Shown: positions 1-7,912 of the stretch, one piece after another
Layout: each line of letters starts with the position of its first letter
Numbering within the stretch: the first letter of the stretch is position 1
Source of the DNA: an uncultured Acidimicrobiia bacterium
Lineage (GTDB): Bacteria; Actinomycetota; Acidimicrobiia; Spongiisociales; JAOTWH01
Direction of reading: 5' to 3'
Length of the DNA: 32,076 nucleotides
NCBI GenBank assembly: GCA_964538725.1
Contig: CAZIEQ010000002.1
Location: forward strand, 1-32,076
Notes under the pieces: generated by a model
Database searches by the model: none
Told to the model about the DNA's origin: nothing
What the model saw: the letters and a program-made list of their open reading frames with translations, nothing else
Position numbers and translations under genes: made by a program

Positions 1-491
1 TACTCAGGGGAGTGCACGTGACCGCCACCAGGACGCGGTGCGAGCCGGGTGGAGGGCCGTAGCTCCCCCACGGGCGGGCGCACCCGGGTGAGGGTCTCGG
101 CGTGGACGACCGCCACAACCGCGGCGCTGCTGGCACGGGCCGCCCGGGAGATCTCATGAGTTGGAACCGGCTCCCCCCAGGGTGCTTCGACGAGGATTAC
201 CTCGGCACCGGCACGGCGCGCCATCTCAGCGATGCGAGCTCCGAATGCACCGCATACGGCGACGACTACTCGGGTGCCCGGTTCTATGAGATTCATCAAC
301 GCCGCCTCCATGCCTGCCGAGCCGGTGCCGGAGATGGGGAACGTCATCGGGTTGGCGGTGCGAAAGATGACCCTCAAGTCCTCGCCCACCCGATCCATGA
401 GAGTCAGGAATGCCGGGTCGAGGTGTCCTATCAGCGGCCGGTTCATCGCAGTCAGCACCGAGGGCTCCACCGGTGCGGGTCCCGGTCCCAT
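1..491 (-). CDS. Class-V PLP aminotransferase (serine-glyoxylate / alanine-glyoxylate aminotransferase-like); the 3' end runs off the window
   Basis: This ORF is absent from the ORF track because it has no stop in the window. Hand translation of the minus strand from the ATG at 491 gives MGPGPAPVEPSVLTAMNRPLIGHLDPAFLTLMDRVGEDLRVIFRTANPMTFPISGTGSAGMEAALMNLIEPGTRVVVAVCGAFGARIAEMARRAGAEVILVEAP...VVHAET. The PGP..V.P.VL.AM..P.IGH.DP.F and SGTGS..MEAA patterns are typical of the AGXT/SgaA family. It is divergent from glcD. Confidence 0.7.
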   Translation of the reverse strand, partial: MGPGPAPVEPSVLTAMNRPLIGHLDPAFLTLMDRVGEDLRVIFRTANPMTFPISGTGSAGMEAALMNLIEPGTRVVVAVCGAFGARIAEMARRAGAEVILVEAPWGEPVPTHEISRAARASSAAVVAVVHAETLTRVRPPVGELRPSTRLAPRPGGGHVHSPE

Positions 492-505
492 GAGGTGACG
501 GCGAG

Positions 506-1987
506 GTGTCGGGCGTTGCTGCACTGGTGTGCAAGCTACACCGCTATGGAGGCGCTCCAACCGCTGCGGCGCCTACGCTGCGACTCGTGGAGCTCCCTTC
601 CGAACTCCGAGGTCTGTTCGGTGACCGTCTGCTGACGTCGCCGCTGGAGATGCGGGTGTTTGCCAAGGATGCCGGCATCACCGCAGGACACCCGGCTGCA
701 GTGGCGCTACCCGAGACTACGGACGAGGTGGCTGAGGCAGTGCGAATCTGCCGCCGTCACCGGCTGCCGCTGGTTGCCCGCGGTGCCGGCACCGGGCTGG
801 CAGGCGGTGCAGTCGCTATTCGACCTTCGCTCTGTCTGGTAATGACCCGGATGAACCGGATCGACACCGTCGATGCCGAATCACGCAGTGCCTGGCTCGG
901 ACCAGGTGTCATCAACCTCGACCTTTCCCGGGCAACCGCGATGTATCGGCTTCACTATGCGCCTGACCCCTCTTCGCAGCAGGCCTGCACCATCGGGGGC
1001 AACGTGGGCACCAACGCCGGCGGACCGCACTGCCTGTTGGAGGGCTCCACGGTGGCCCATGTGCTCGCTGTGGAATTCGTCGACTCCTGGGGTGAGGTGC
1101 ATGTCCTCGGTGGCGAGGCACCCGACTCCCCCGGCCTCGACATGCGTGGCGTCGTGGTCGGTTCCGAAGGCACGCTTGGCGTCGTCACCCGCATCCTGGT
1201 CAGGTTGACACCTGACCCCCCGACGATCCGCACCCTGCTCCTCGCATTCGAGTCGGTCGAGGCGGCGGCGGCAACGGTGTCTGCCGTTATCGCTGGTGGC
1301 ATCGTGCCCGCGGCCCTTGAGATGATGGACCGCGAAATGATCGAGGCCGTCAACCGGTTCCTCGGCGGCGGGTATCCGCCGCATGCGGAGGCGGTCCTCA
1401 TCGCCGAGGTGGGAGGCGTGCTCGAAGCTGTGGAGCGGGAAGCTGCGATCATCACCGCTACCGGCGAAGAGCATGGTGCCAGCGGCGTCCGGGTGGCTGT
1501 TCCCGGGCCGGAACGCGATCTCATCTGGAAGGGACGCAAGTCGGCCTTCGGTGCCGTTGCCCAATCCGCCCCCGACTATTTCCTCCACGATGTCGTCGTG
1601 CCGCGCACCCGGCTGGTAGAAGTACTCACACAGGTGTACGGCATCGGGAAGCGGCACGGCCTCACCATGCTGAACGTCTTCCATGCCGGGGACGGCAATC
1701 TCCATCCGCTGATGGCTTTCAACGCTTCTGAGGCAGGCATGCTGGACAAGGTCCACACTGCCGCTGCCGAGATCGTCGACGTCGCCCTCGCCGCCGGTGG
1801 TGTTCTGACCGGGGAGCACGGCATCGGCTTGGAGAAGCGTGACCTGATGGGCCGGTTCTTCAACGAGGTGGATCTCGACGCCCAGGCGCGGCTACAGGAG
1901 GCTTTCGACCCCGACGGCATCATGAATCCCGACAAGGTGCTGCCGGCAGGAGCACGATGTGTGGAAATCGGTCGGAGGTCGCAGTGA
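506..1987 (+). CDS. glcD: Glycolate oxidase subunit GlcD (FAD-binding oxidoreductase)
   Basis: 493-aa ORF with a GTG start and a GAGG about 10 nt upstream. It has an FAD-binding PCMH-type N-terminus (PLVARGAGTGLAGGAV) and the C-terminal motifs GEHGIGLEKR and FDPDGIMNPDKV. glcE and glcF follow. Confidence 0.85.
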   Translation: MSGVAALVCKLHRYGGAPTAAAPTLRLVELPSELRGLFGDRLLTSPLEMRVFAKDAGITAGHPAAVALPETTDEVAEAVRICRRHRLPLVARGAGTGLAGGAVAIRPSLCLVMTRMNRIDTVDAESRSAWLGPGVINLDLSRATAMYRLHYAPDPSSQQACTIGGNVGTNAGGPHCLLEGSTVAHVLAVEFVDSWGEVHVLGGEAPDSPGLDMRGVVVGSEGTLGVVTRILVRLTPDPPTIRTLLLAFESVEAAAATVSAVIAGGIVPAALEMMDREMIEAVNRFLGGGYPPHAEAVLIAEVGGVLEAVEREAAIITATGEEHGASGVRVAVPGPERDLIWKGRKSAFGAVAQSAPDYFLHDVVVPRTRLVEVLTQVYGIGKRHGLTMLNVFHAGDGNLHPLMAFNASEAGMLDKVHTAAAEIVDVALAAGGVLTGEHGIGLEKRDLMGRFFNEVDLDAQARLQEAFDPDGIMNPDKVLPAGARCVEIGRRSQ

Positions 1988-3096
1988 CCACCATCCGTGC
2001 AGTCTTGTCGGGCGCTCTGGGACCGGTGGTGTCGGAGCGAAACCTGGGGGCGGTGGATGTCACATTGGAACCTGCGACTGCCGATGAGACGGCCGCATGC
2101 CTGCAGCTGGCCTCCACCCGACGTTGGCCGGTCGAGGTGTGGGGCGCCGGCCGACATCGTGGATTCGGCTACCCGCTGTCTGCCAAGGTTGCCCTGGCCA
2201 CCGGCCGGATGGACCGGGTACTCGATGTGATACCCGACGATCTCATAGCGGTGGTCGAGGCCGGTGTTCCGGTAGGAAGGCTCGCATCGGTGCTCGACGC
2301 GTACCGTCTCACCGCCGCTTTGCCCTTGGACGATCCGGAGGCCACCGTCGGTGGGGTGGTAGCAGCAGGATTGTCGGGCTGGACGCGCCTTCGTTACGGA
2401 CCGACCAGGGATCGCGTCCTCGAGGTGACGGTGGCTACGGGGGATGGTCGGGTGATTCGTGGTGGTGGCCGTGTGGTGAAGAACGTCAGCGGCTACGACC
2501 TCCCTCGCCTGCTGACCGGTTCGTTGGGCTCACTCGGCGTCATATGCCAGGTGGCTCTCAAACTGTGGCCCAGGGGGGAGGAGACTGCCATGATCCGGGT
2601 GGGCGACGGCGCAGATGCATTCCGCAGGGTGTACCGGCCTTTGGCGGTGTTGGAGACACCCGCCGGAGCGGTCGTGTATTCGAGCGGAACCCGAGCCGAG
2701 TTGGAGGCATTGGCCGCCGGCCTCGGCGGTGTGCTGGAACGCGCCGTGTGGCCCCGGCCGCCCGACGGTCCGGTTCGTCTGCGGTTGAATATCACCCCGA
2801 GCGCAACGACGGCCGCCATCAGAGAGGTGGCGGTGGACTTCGACTACGTGGCCGCCCACGGTGTTGGCCAGCTCCGCCTCGGTGGTGATCCCCCTCCTCG
2901 ATCCGCGTTGGCGCTGCGGTCGTGGGCCCGCAGCAGCGGCGGTTCTCTGGTCGTGGAAGCGGCTCCTTCCGACTGGGTTGAAGAGGTCGATCCGTGGGGC
3001 CCTTCACCCAGCTGGGTGGAACTGCAGCGACGGGTCAAGGCAGCCTTCGACCCCGCCGGTGTCGTCAACTCGGGGATCCTCCCCGGGAGGGTGTGA
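1984..3096 (+). CDS. glcE: Glycolate oxidase FAD-binding subunit GlcE
   Basis: The ORF 1957..3096 has an in-frame GTG at 1984 that forms a GTGA overlap with the glcD stop. It shows an FAD-binding fold (VKNVSGYDLPRLLTGSLGSLGV) and a C-terminal FDPAGVVNSG. The start could instead be 1957. Confidence 0.8.
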   Translation: MTTIRAVLSGALGPVVSERNLGAVDVTLEPATADETAACLQLASTRRWPVEVWGAGRHRGFGYPLSAKVALATGRMDRVLDVIPDDLIAVVEAGVPVGRLASVLDAYRLTAALPLDDPEATVGGVVAAGLSGWTRLRYGPTRDRVLEVTVATGDGRVIRGGGRVVKNVSGYDLPRLLTGSLGSLGVICQVALKLWPRGEETAMIRVGDGADAFRRVYRPLAVLETPAGAVVYSSGTRAELEALAAGLGGVLERAVWPRPPDGPVRLRLNITPSATTAAIREVAVDFDYVAAHGVGQLRLGGDPPPRSALALRSWARSSGGSLVVEAAPSDWVEEVDPWGPSPSWVELQRRVKAAFDPAGVVNSGILPGRV

Positions 3097-4313
3097 TGCC
3101 CTGGGAGACGCCGCAAGCACCGACGCCGGCCGAGCTGGCGGCGTGCGTCGAATGTGGCCTCTGTCTGCCTCATTGCCCCACTTTTCGTCTCAGCGGCCTC
3201 GAGACCGCATCACCCCGGGGCCGAATCGTCGCCATGCGTGCAGTGGCCACCGACTTCCCTCTAGACGATGTGTTCGCCTCGATGATGGGCTTCTGCCTGC
3301 AATGCCGTGCCTGCGAGGCGGTATGTCCATCGCTGGCCCCGTTTGGTCGGATGATGGAAGGGGCGCGAGCCGAGGTAGCTGCCCAGCAGCCGTCGCGCCG
3401 CGTCCGGTTGCGACATCGGATCCTGGGTCGCCGGATCCGCAGCCGCCGCCAGGTCCGGCTGGTGACATTGGCCGCCTATCTGGGGCAGCGGATGGCTGCA
3501 CCCCGCTGGCTTCCCGGCGCATTCGGCAACGGTCTGCGCGGATTGCGACGTCTGTCCCTGAAGCGCCGCACGGCGATCGGCGCCCCATTGGAGGCCATCG
3601 GCCCGTCTCGGGGAACCGCTGCTCTTGTTGCCGGTTGTGTGATGGATCCATGGTTCGGTGACGTCCACGCCGCGGCAGTGCTCGCGCTGCGACATGCCGG
3701 GTGGGATGTCGAAGTGCCTCCTTCTCAGACCTGCTGTGGAGCGCTTGCGGCCCACGACGGGGCGGTGGCCGACGCCGGGGAGATGGCTTCGGTGAACGTG
3801 GCTGCGTTCACCGAGGCCGACGTCGTCGTTGCGGATGCTGCCGGCTGCAGCGCCCATCTCAAGGACTATGCGAATTGGGCGGAAGGTGGCGCTGAGCTGG
3901 CAGCGAAAACGAGGGATGTCACCGAGTTGGTGGCCGAGGCCATCGAGAATGCCCGCCTGCCGCGACGCTCGGGCGACGAGCCGGTGGCGTTGCATGAGCC
4001 GTGTCACTTGCGTCACGCCCAGCGCATCGTGGACGCGCCCCACACCATTTTGGTGGCGGGGGGTTACCGGCCGGTGCCGCTGGACCCTGATGGACTGTGC
4101 TGCGGGGCCGCCGGCGTCTATTCGCTGCTGCAGCGGGAAGCATCGGCGAGTCTGGGCAGGCAGAAGGCTGATTTGGTAGCGGCAACCGGAGCGGCAACGG
4201 TGGCATCCGCCAACCCCGGATGCGAAATGCAGCTGCGCAGCCATTTGGGACCGGGCTTCGTTGTCCGCCATCCAGTCGAGCTCTATGTGGAGGGTGTCGG
4301 CCTGACCGGCTGA
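3096..4313 (+). CDS. glcF: Glycolate oxidase iron-sulfur subunit GlcF
   Basis: The ATG at 3096 overlaps the glcE TGA (TGATG). There are two 4Fe-4S ferredoxin-type motifs (CVECGLCLPHCP and CLQCRACEAVCP) followed by two cysteine-rich CCG-type domains (TCCG, LCCGAAG). Confidence 0.85.
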   Translation: MPWETPQAPTPAELAACVECGLCLPHCPTFRLSGLETASPRGRIVAMRAVATDFPLDDVFASMMGFCLQCRACEAVCPSLAPFGRMMEGARAEVAAQQPSRRVRLRHRILGRRIRSRRQVRLVTLAAYLGQRMAAPRWLPGAFGNGLRGLRRLSLKRRTAIGAPLEAIGPSRGTAALVAGCVMDPWFGDVHAAAVLALRHAGWDVEVPPSQTCCGALAAHDGAVADAGEMASVNVAAFTEADVVVADAAGCSAHLKDYANWAEGGAELAAKTRDVTELVAEAIENARLPRRSGDEPVALHEPCHLRHAQRIVDAPHTILVAGGYRPVPLDPDGLCCGAAGVYSLLQREASASLGRQKADLVAATGAATVASANPGCEMQLRSHLGPGFVVRHPVELYVEGVGLTG

Positions 4314-4320
4314 CGGGGGC

Positions 4321-4348
4321 GTAACGACACGCCGCAGCAGTGGCGTAA
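4321..4348 (+). promoter_or_regulatory. Candidate ECF-type promoter (GTAAC-N18-CGTAA) upstream of the sigma-factor gene
   Basis: GTAAC at 4321-4325 and CGTAA at 4344-4348 resemble the AAC / CGT -35/-10 signature of autoregulated ECF promoters. The candidate -10 lies about 13 nt before the ATG at 4361, which implies a very short leader. This rests on pattern only. Confidence 0.25.
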
Positions 4349-4360
4349 AGAATGTGATCG

Positions 4361-4915
4361 ATGGAGGACCGGACGGATGCCGAGCTGCTGGCCGTCTCGG
4401 GGGAGGACCCTGGGGCCTTCAGGACGCTCTTCGAGCGCTGGTCACATGAGCTGATGGCCTACTTCTACCGCAGAACGTTCGACGCCGAGGTGGCCGCCGA
4501 TCTCCTAGCCGAGACGTTCGCCATCGCATATTTCAAGCGGCACCGTTTCAAGCCGCAGGGTCTTCCGGTGGGGGCCTGGCTCTACGGGATCGCCCGCAGA
4601 GAGCTGAGCCATTACTGGCGGCGCCGGCGCGCTGAAACCCGGGCGATTGCCAGGCTTGGTGTGCAGATCCCTGCGGTCGACGACGAGTCGTTGGCACGCA
4701 TCGAAGAGCTGGCCGATGCGAGTGGACTTCGCCGCGAGCTCGAAGCCGCACTCAGCCGTCTCACAGAGGCCGAGCGTGCCGCGGTTCAACTACGAGTGGT
4801 CGAGGACCGCCCCTACCGGGAGGTGGCCGGTGAGCTCGGCTGTTCGGAGGGGGCTGCCAGGGTGCGTGTTCACCGTGCACTGCGCCGCATGTCCGCGTGG
4901 TTGGGAACGTTGTGA
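4361..4915 (+). CDS. ECF-family RNA polymerase sigma factor (sigma-70 regions 2 and 4)
   Basis: 184 aa. Region 2-like FERWSHELMAYFYRRT...AEDLLAETF and region 4 HTH LTEAERAAVQLRVVEDRPYREVAGELGCSEGAARVRVHRALRRM. Confidence 0.85.
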   Translation: MEDRTDAELLAVSGEDPGAFRTLFERWSHELMAYFYRRTFDAEVAADLLAETFAIAYFKRHRFKPQGLPVGAWLYGIARRELSHYWRRRRAETRAIARLGVQIPAVDDESLARIEELADASGLRRELEAALSRLTEAERAAVQLRVVEDRPYREVAGELGCSEGAARVRVHRALRRMSAWLGTL

Positions 4916-6948
4916 GCCGCATTCCATTCTTGGAACGGCTCGGGGATGCCTTCGAAGAAACCCTGTGTGAGCTGCCTGCCTCCAAGACGGCGCGGCGGCG
5001 GCGTTCTGGCCTCGCTTGGGGTGCGGCGACATTCGCCATCGTCCTGGTGACAGGTGGGCTGTGGTGGCAGTTCGTCTTGCGCAGTGCAGTGGACCCGGTG
5101 ATCGCCACAACGACCGTGACAGCAGCCGGACCCGAGCTCGAAGGATTCGTGCCCGGGGAGTGGGCCCGCCTTCCCGATCGGGAGCCGTTGCAGGGAGATG
5201 GGCGCACCGTCCTTTCTGGAGTGGCTGTACGCGATGACGGCTTCATCGCAGTGGGGTCACGCATCACAGCCGATGCCATGACGGGAATCATCGTTACCTC
5301 ACCCGACGGTGTGCACTGGACCGAGCGAGCCGCCTTTCAGGGAGCGTCGCTGCACGATGTCTCCGCCGCCGATCAGGGAATCGTCGCTGTCGGCATGAAA
5401 GACCTGGCGCCGTTCGCGGTCTTCTCCGCGGGCGGGGATGGATGGACCTCGAATGCGCTGCCTGTGGCCGACGGCGAAGACACAGCCCAGATGAACGGTG
5501 TGTCGACCTATCCCGGCGGTTTCGTGGCGGTGGGAAGTGCCTTGGGGGAATCCGGCAAGTCACGGGCGGCGGTGTGGAGGTCACCCGACGGGCGGAATTG
5601 GAACCGGGTCACCGTTGCATCATTTCGCTGGGCGGCTTCCTCCGACATGACCGACGTTGTGTCCGCCCATGACTTGATCGTGGCGGTGGGTGTTCATGGC
5701 GCTGAGGCCGGCTCCAGCAGCGCCGTTGCCTGGGTGTCGACCGACGGAGCGGAATGGCTCCGCTTCGGGATGCCCGCCACCTACCCGGGGGCCCACTTCG
5801 TCGGTGCCTCAGCCGTGACTGCATCAGCCGACGGCTTTGTCGCCGCCGGTTTCGAGAACGATCCGTTGTCGACCGCCGCCAGCGGGGCAGTGTGGAGATC
5901 CGGTGCTGGGCGGATGTGGGATCGAGTTCCCGACTCCGCAGGCGAGCTCCAAGGTGATCCTGCGGCCGCAACGGAGATCAGTGGCCTGATCGGTGTCGAC
6001 GGCGGCTACGTGGCAGTGGGTCACACGCTGGAGCGGCCCACGTTGCGCCACCTGCTGTGGACGGCGACCGAGGACTTCGAGTGGACTCGGTTCGACCTGA
6101 CAGATCCCCAGGTCACGTGGCCCATGTCGTCTGCCTTTGCGGTCGCCGCCGGGCCCGAGCGGGTAGTCGCGGTCGGTTCGCAGGGCGACGTGAACGGAAC
6201 AGCCGGCACCGCTGCGGTATGGGTCAGTCCGGTGCCTGCGGATCTGGACGCCAGCATTCCGATTCCGGAACCGGCGCCGCGAGTCGATCCGGAGGCCGAG
6301 ATGATCATCAACCTCGACCCCGCCGTAGTGGTGTCCGCCACCCGGGTCAGCGCCACGGGAAGAGTGGGCGACTACATGGAGGGCCCGGCGCGCGTGTGGT
6401 TGCTCGACCCGGCCGGTGAACCGGTCCAAGCGTGCGAAACGCCGTTGCGCGGGAGACGGTTCATCTGCTTCTTCACGCCCGGTGAGATCGGCCTTGCGAT
6501 CGGCGCGTATCGGGTGGCGGTGGGTGAGGTGGGAGACGTCGTTCCCGGCGTTGCCCTCGAGGTGGTACCGGACGGATCGTTGTTGGTGACTATCGATGCG
6601 GTGTATCAAGGGACGATGTGGCCTCTACTGCAGTGGCTGACGGTACGAAGCCACGTACCCGAGCCGGTGAACCTGTCGGGATGGGCACTCGTGGACGTTG
6701 TGACGGGCCACCAGTTCGTCTTTCCCGGCGGGACGGAGCTGCATCAGGGCCGCAGCGTCCAGCTCGACTTCTCCGGTCCCGGGGGAGGGACCTGCCCACC
6801 ATCGACGTCGCTCTACTTCCACTGGTGCTCCGTTGTGTCCGACTACGGCAGGATCGGCTATTCCGACGAAGGGGCCTTCTGGGGTGGCGGTGCCGTCGAG
6901 CTGCGGGATGCCGGCGAGAACGTGATCGCCGTTTGGATCCGCCCGTAG
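4897..6948 (+). CDS. Single-pass membrane protein and candidate anti-sigma factor/sensor: short cytoplasmic N-terminus, TM helix, about 7 propeller-like repeats, C-terminal lamin-tail-like domain
   Basis: 683-aa ORF. An in-frame GTG at 4912 gives a GTGA overlap with the sigma stop and is the likely true start. The TM segment is AATFAIVLVTGGLWWQFVL. Seven repeats of G(F/I)VAVG...W.S.DG..W..(V/F) (for example TSPDGVHWTER, RSPDGRNWNRV, VSTDGAEWLRF) resemble Asp-box/BNR blades. The C-terminus NLSGWALVD..GHQFVFPGGTELHQGRSV...AVELRDAGENVIAVW matches the lamin-tail (LTD) pattern. Confidence 0.65.
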   Translation: MVGNVVSRIPFLERLGDAFEETLCELPASKTARRRRSGLAWGAATFAIVLVTGGLWWQFVLRSAVDPVIATTTVTAAGPELEGFVPGEWARLPDREPLQGDGRTVLSGVAVRDDGFIAVGSRITADAMTGIIVTSPDGVHWTERAAFQGASLHDVSAADQGIVAVGMKDLAPFAVFSAGGDGWTSNALPVADGEDTAQMNGVSTYPGGFVAVGSALGESGKSRAAVWRSPDGRNWNRVTVASFRWAASSDMTDVVSAHDLIVAVGVHGAEAGSSSAVAWVSTDGAEWLRFGMPATYPGAHFVGASAVTASADGFVAAGFENDPLSTAASGAVWRSGAGRMWDRVPDSAGELQGDPAAATEISGLIGVDGGYVAVGHTLERPTLRHLLWTATEDFEWTRFDLTDPQVTWPMSSAFAVAAGPERVVAVGSQGDVNGTAGTAAVWVSPVPADLDASIPIPEPAPRVDPEAEMIINLDPAVVVSATRVSATGRVGDYMEGPARVWLLDPAGEPVQACETPLRGRRFICFFTPGEIGLAIGAYRVAVGEVGDVVPGVALEVVPDGSLLVTIDAVYQGTMWPLLQWLTVRSHVPEPVNLSGWALVDVVTGHQFVFPGGTELHQGRSVQLDFSGPGGGTCPPSTSLYFHWCSVVSDYGRIGYSDEGAFWGGGAVELRDAGENVIAVWIRP

Positions 6949-6976
6949 CAGGGTTGCGACCCTGCGGGTTGCTACC
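6948..6976 (+). promoter_or_regulatory. Hairpin plus an 11-nt direct repeat in the 36-nt gap before the methyltransferase gene
   Basis: GCAGGGT (6948-6954) and ACCCTGC (6959-6965) form a 7-bp stem with a TGCG loop. GGGTTGCGACC (6951-6961) is repeated as GGGTTGCTACC (6966-6976). No U-tract follows. The function could be attenuator, operator or nothing. Confidence 0.25.
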
Positions 6977-6984
6977 TTGGTTCC

Positions 6985-7851
6985 GTGCCCACCTCGACCT
7001 CAGCCTTCGGGTCCGGCCGCCGGGAGAGCCACGACTCGTCGGTCTTCTATGACCGCAGACTCTATGAGTCCGCAGCCGCCGAAGTGACCGGCACTCCCAT
7101 CGATCCGCCAGCGCAGGTCATCGACTCCCTGTTGTGCAAATCCTCCGAATCGATGACGGAGCTGCCTGCCGACTGCGTCGCCCTCATGGTCACGTCGCCT
7201 CCATACAACGTTGGCAAGGACTACGACGAGGACCTGACCCTCTCGCAGTATCTGGAGTTGCTGAAGAAGGTGTTCGAAGAGACGTTTCGGGTCCTCGAAC
7301 CCGGCGGCAGGGCGGCGGTCAATGTGGCGAACCTGGGCCGCAAGCCGTATCTGGCGCTAAACCACCGCGTCGGCTCCCTGCTGGTGGACGCCGGGTTCTT
7401 GTTGCGTGGCGAGATCATCTGGCACAAGGCAAAGTCGGCTGGGGGGAGCACCGCGTGGGGATCCTGGCAGTCGGCGAAGAATCCGACGCTGCGCGACGTC
7501 CATGAATACGTCGTCGTGGCCTCCAAGGGGTCGTTCCGCCGTCAGCGGCGCGGTGAAGACACCATTACCAAGCGGGGTTTTCTCGAAGCCACCACCTCGG
7601 TGTGGTCGATTGCACCCGAGTCGGCGCGCCGGGTCGGCCATCCGGCACCGTTCCCGGTGGAGCTGCCGCAGCGTCTCATCGAGCTATACACCTTTGCCGG
7701 AGACCTCATCCTCGACCCGTTCATCGGTGCCGGCGCCACTGCCGTTGCCGCCCGGCTCACCGGAAGGCATTTCGTCGGGTACGACACCGACCGGGCTTAT
7801 CTGGATCTGGCCGTTGAGCGTCTGGCTGCCCTGGCCGAGCGGCCCGTGTAA
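6985..7851 (+). CDS. Beta-class DNA methyltransferase (N4-cytosine/N6-adenine family, SPPY type)
   Basis: 288 aa with a GTG start. The catalytic motif IV (LMVTSPPYNVGKDY) precedes the AdoMet motif I (LDPFIGAGATAVAARLTGRHFVGYD), which is the beta-class order. SPPY, rather than DPPY, is the variant typical of m4C enzymes. Confidence 0.8.
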   Translation: MPTSTSAFGSGRRESHDSSVFYDRRLYESAAAEVTGTPIDPPAQVIDSLLCKSSESMTELPADCVALMVTSPPYNVGKDYDEDLTLSQYLELLKKVFEETFRVLEPGGRAAVNVANLGRKPYLALNHRVGSLLVDAGFLLRGEIIWHKAKSAGGSTAWGSWQSAKNPTLRDVHEYVVVASKGSFRRQRRGEDTITKRGFLEATTSVWSIAPESARRVGHPAPFPVELPQRLIELYTFAGDLILDPFIGAGATAVAARLTGRHFVGYDTDRAYLDLAVERLAALAERPV

Positions 7852-7912
7852 GAACCAGAAGTGGACGCCGCTGCTTGCAGCCATTCCCAGGCGCCGGCCT
7901 GTGGCGGCCGAT

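Noticed and set aside
6949-6961. The 13-mer CAGGGTTGCGACC is shared between the gap upstream of the methyltransferase and the glnE repeat (21768..21780 and 23274..23286)
   Set aside because: An isolated 13-nt match in GC-biased sequence is plausibly coincidental. The flanks do not extend the match.
6985-7912. Looked for a restriction endonuclease or other defence genes partnered with the methyltransferase
   Set aside because: The flanking ORFs are confidently assigned to unrelated functions (membrane sensor and acyltransferase), and the 60-nt gap downstream holds no ORF. The methyltransferase is therefore treated as an orphan rather than part of an R-M system.
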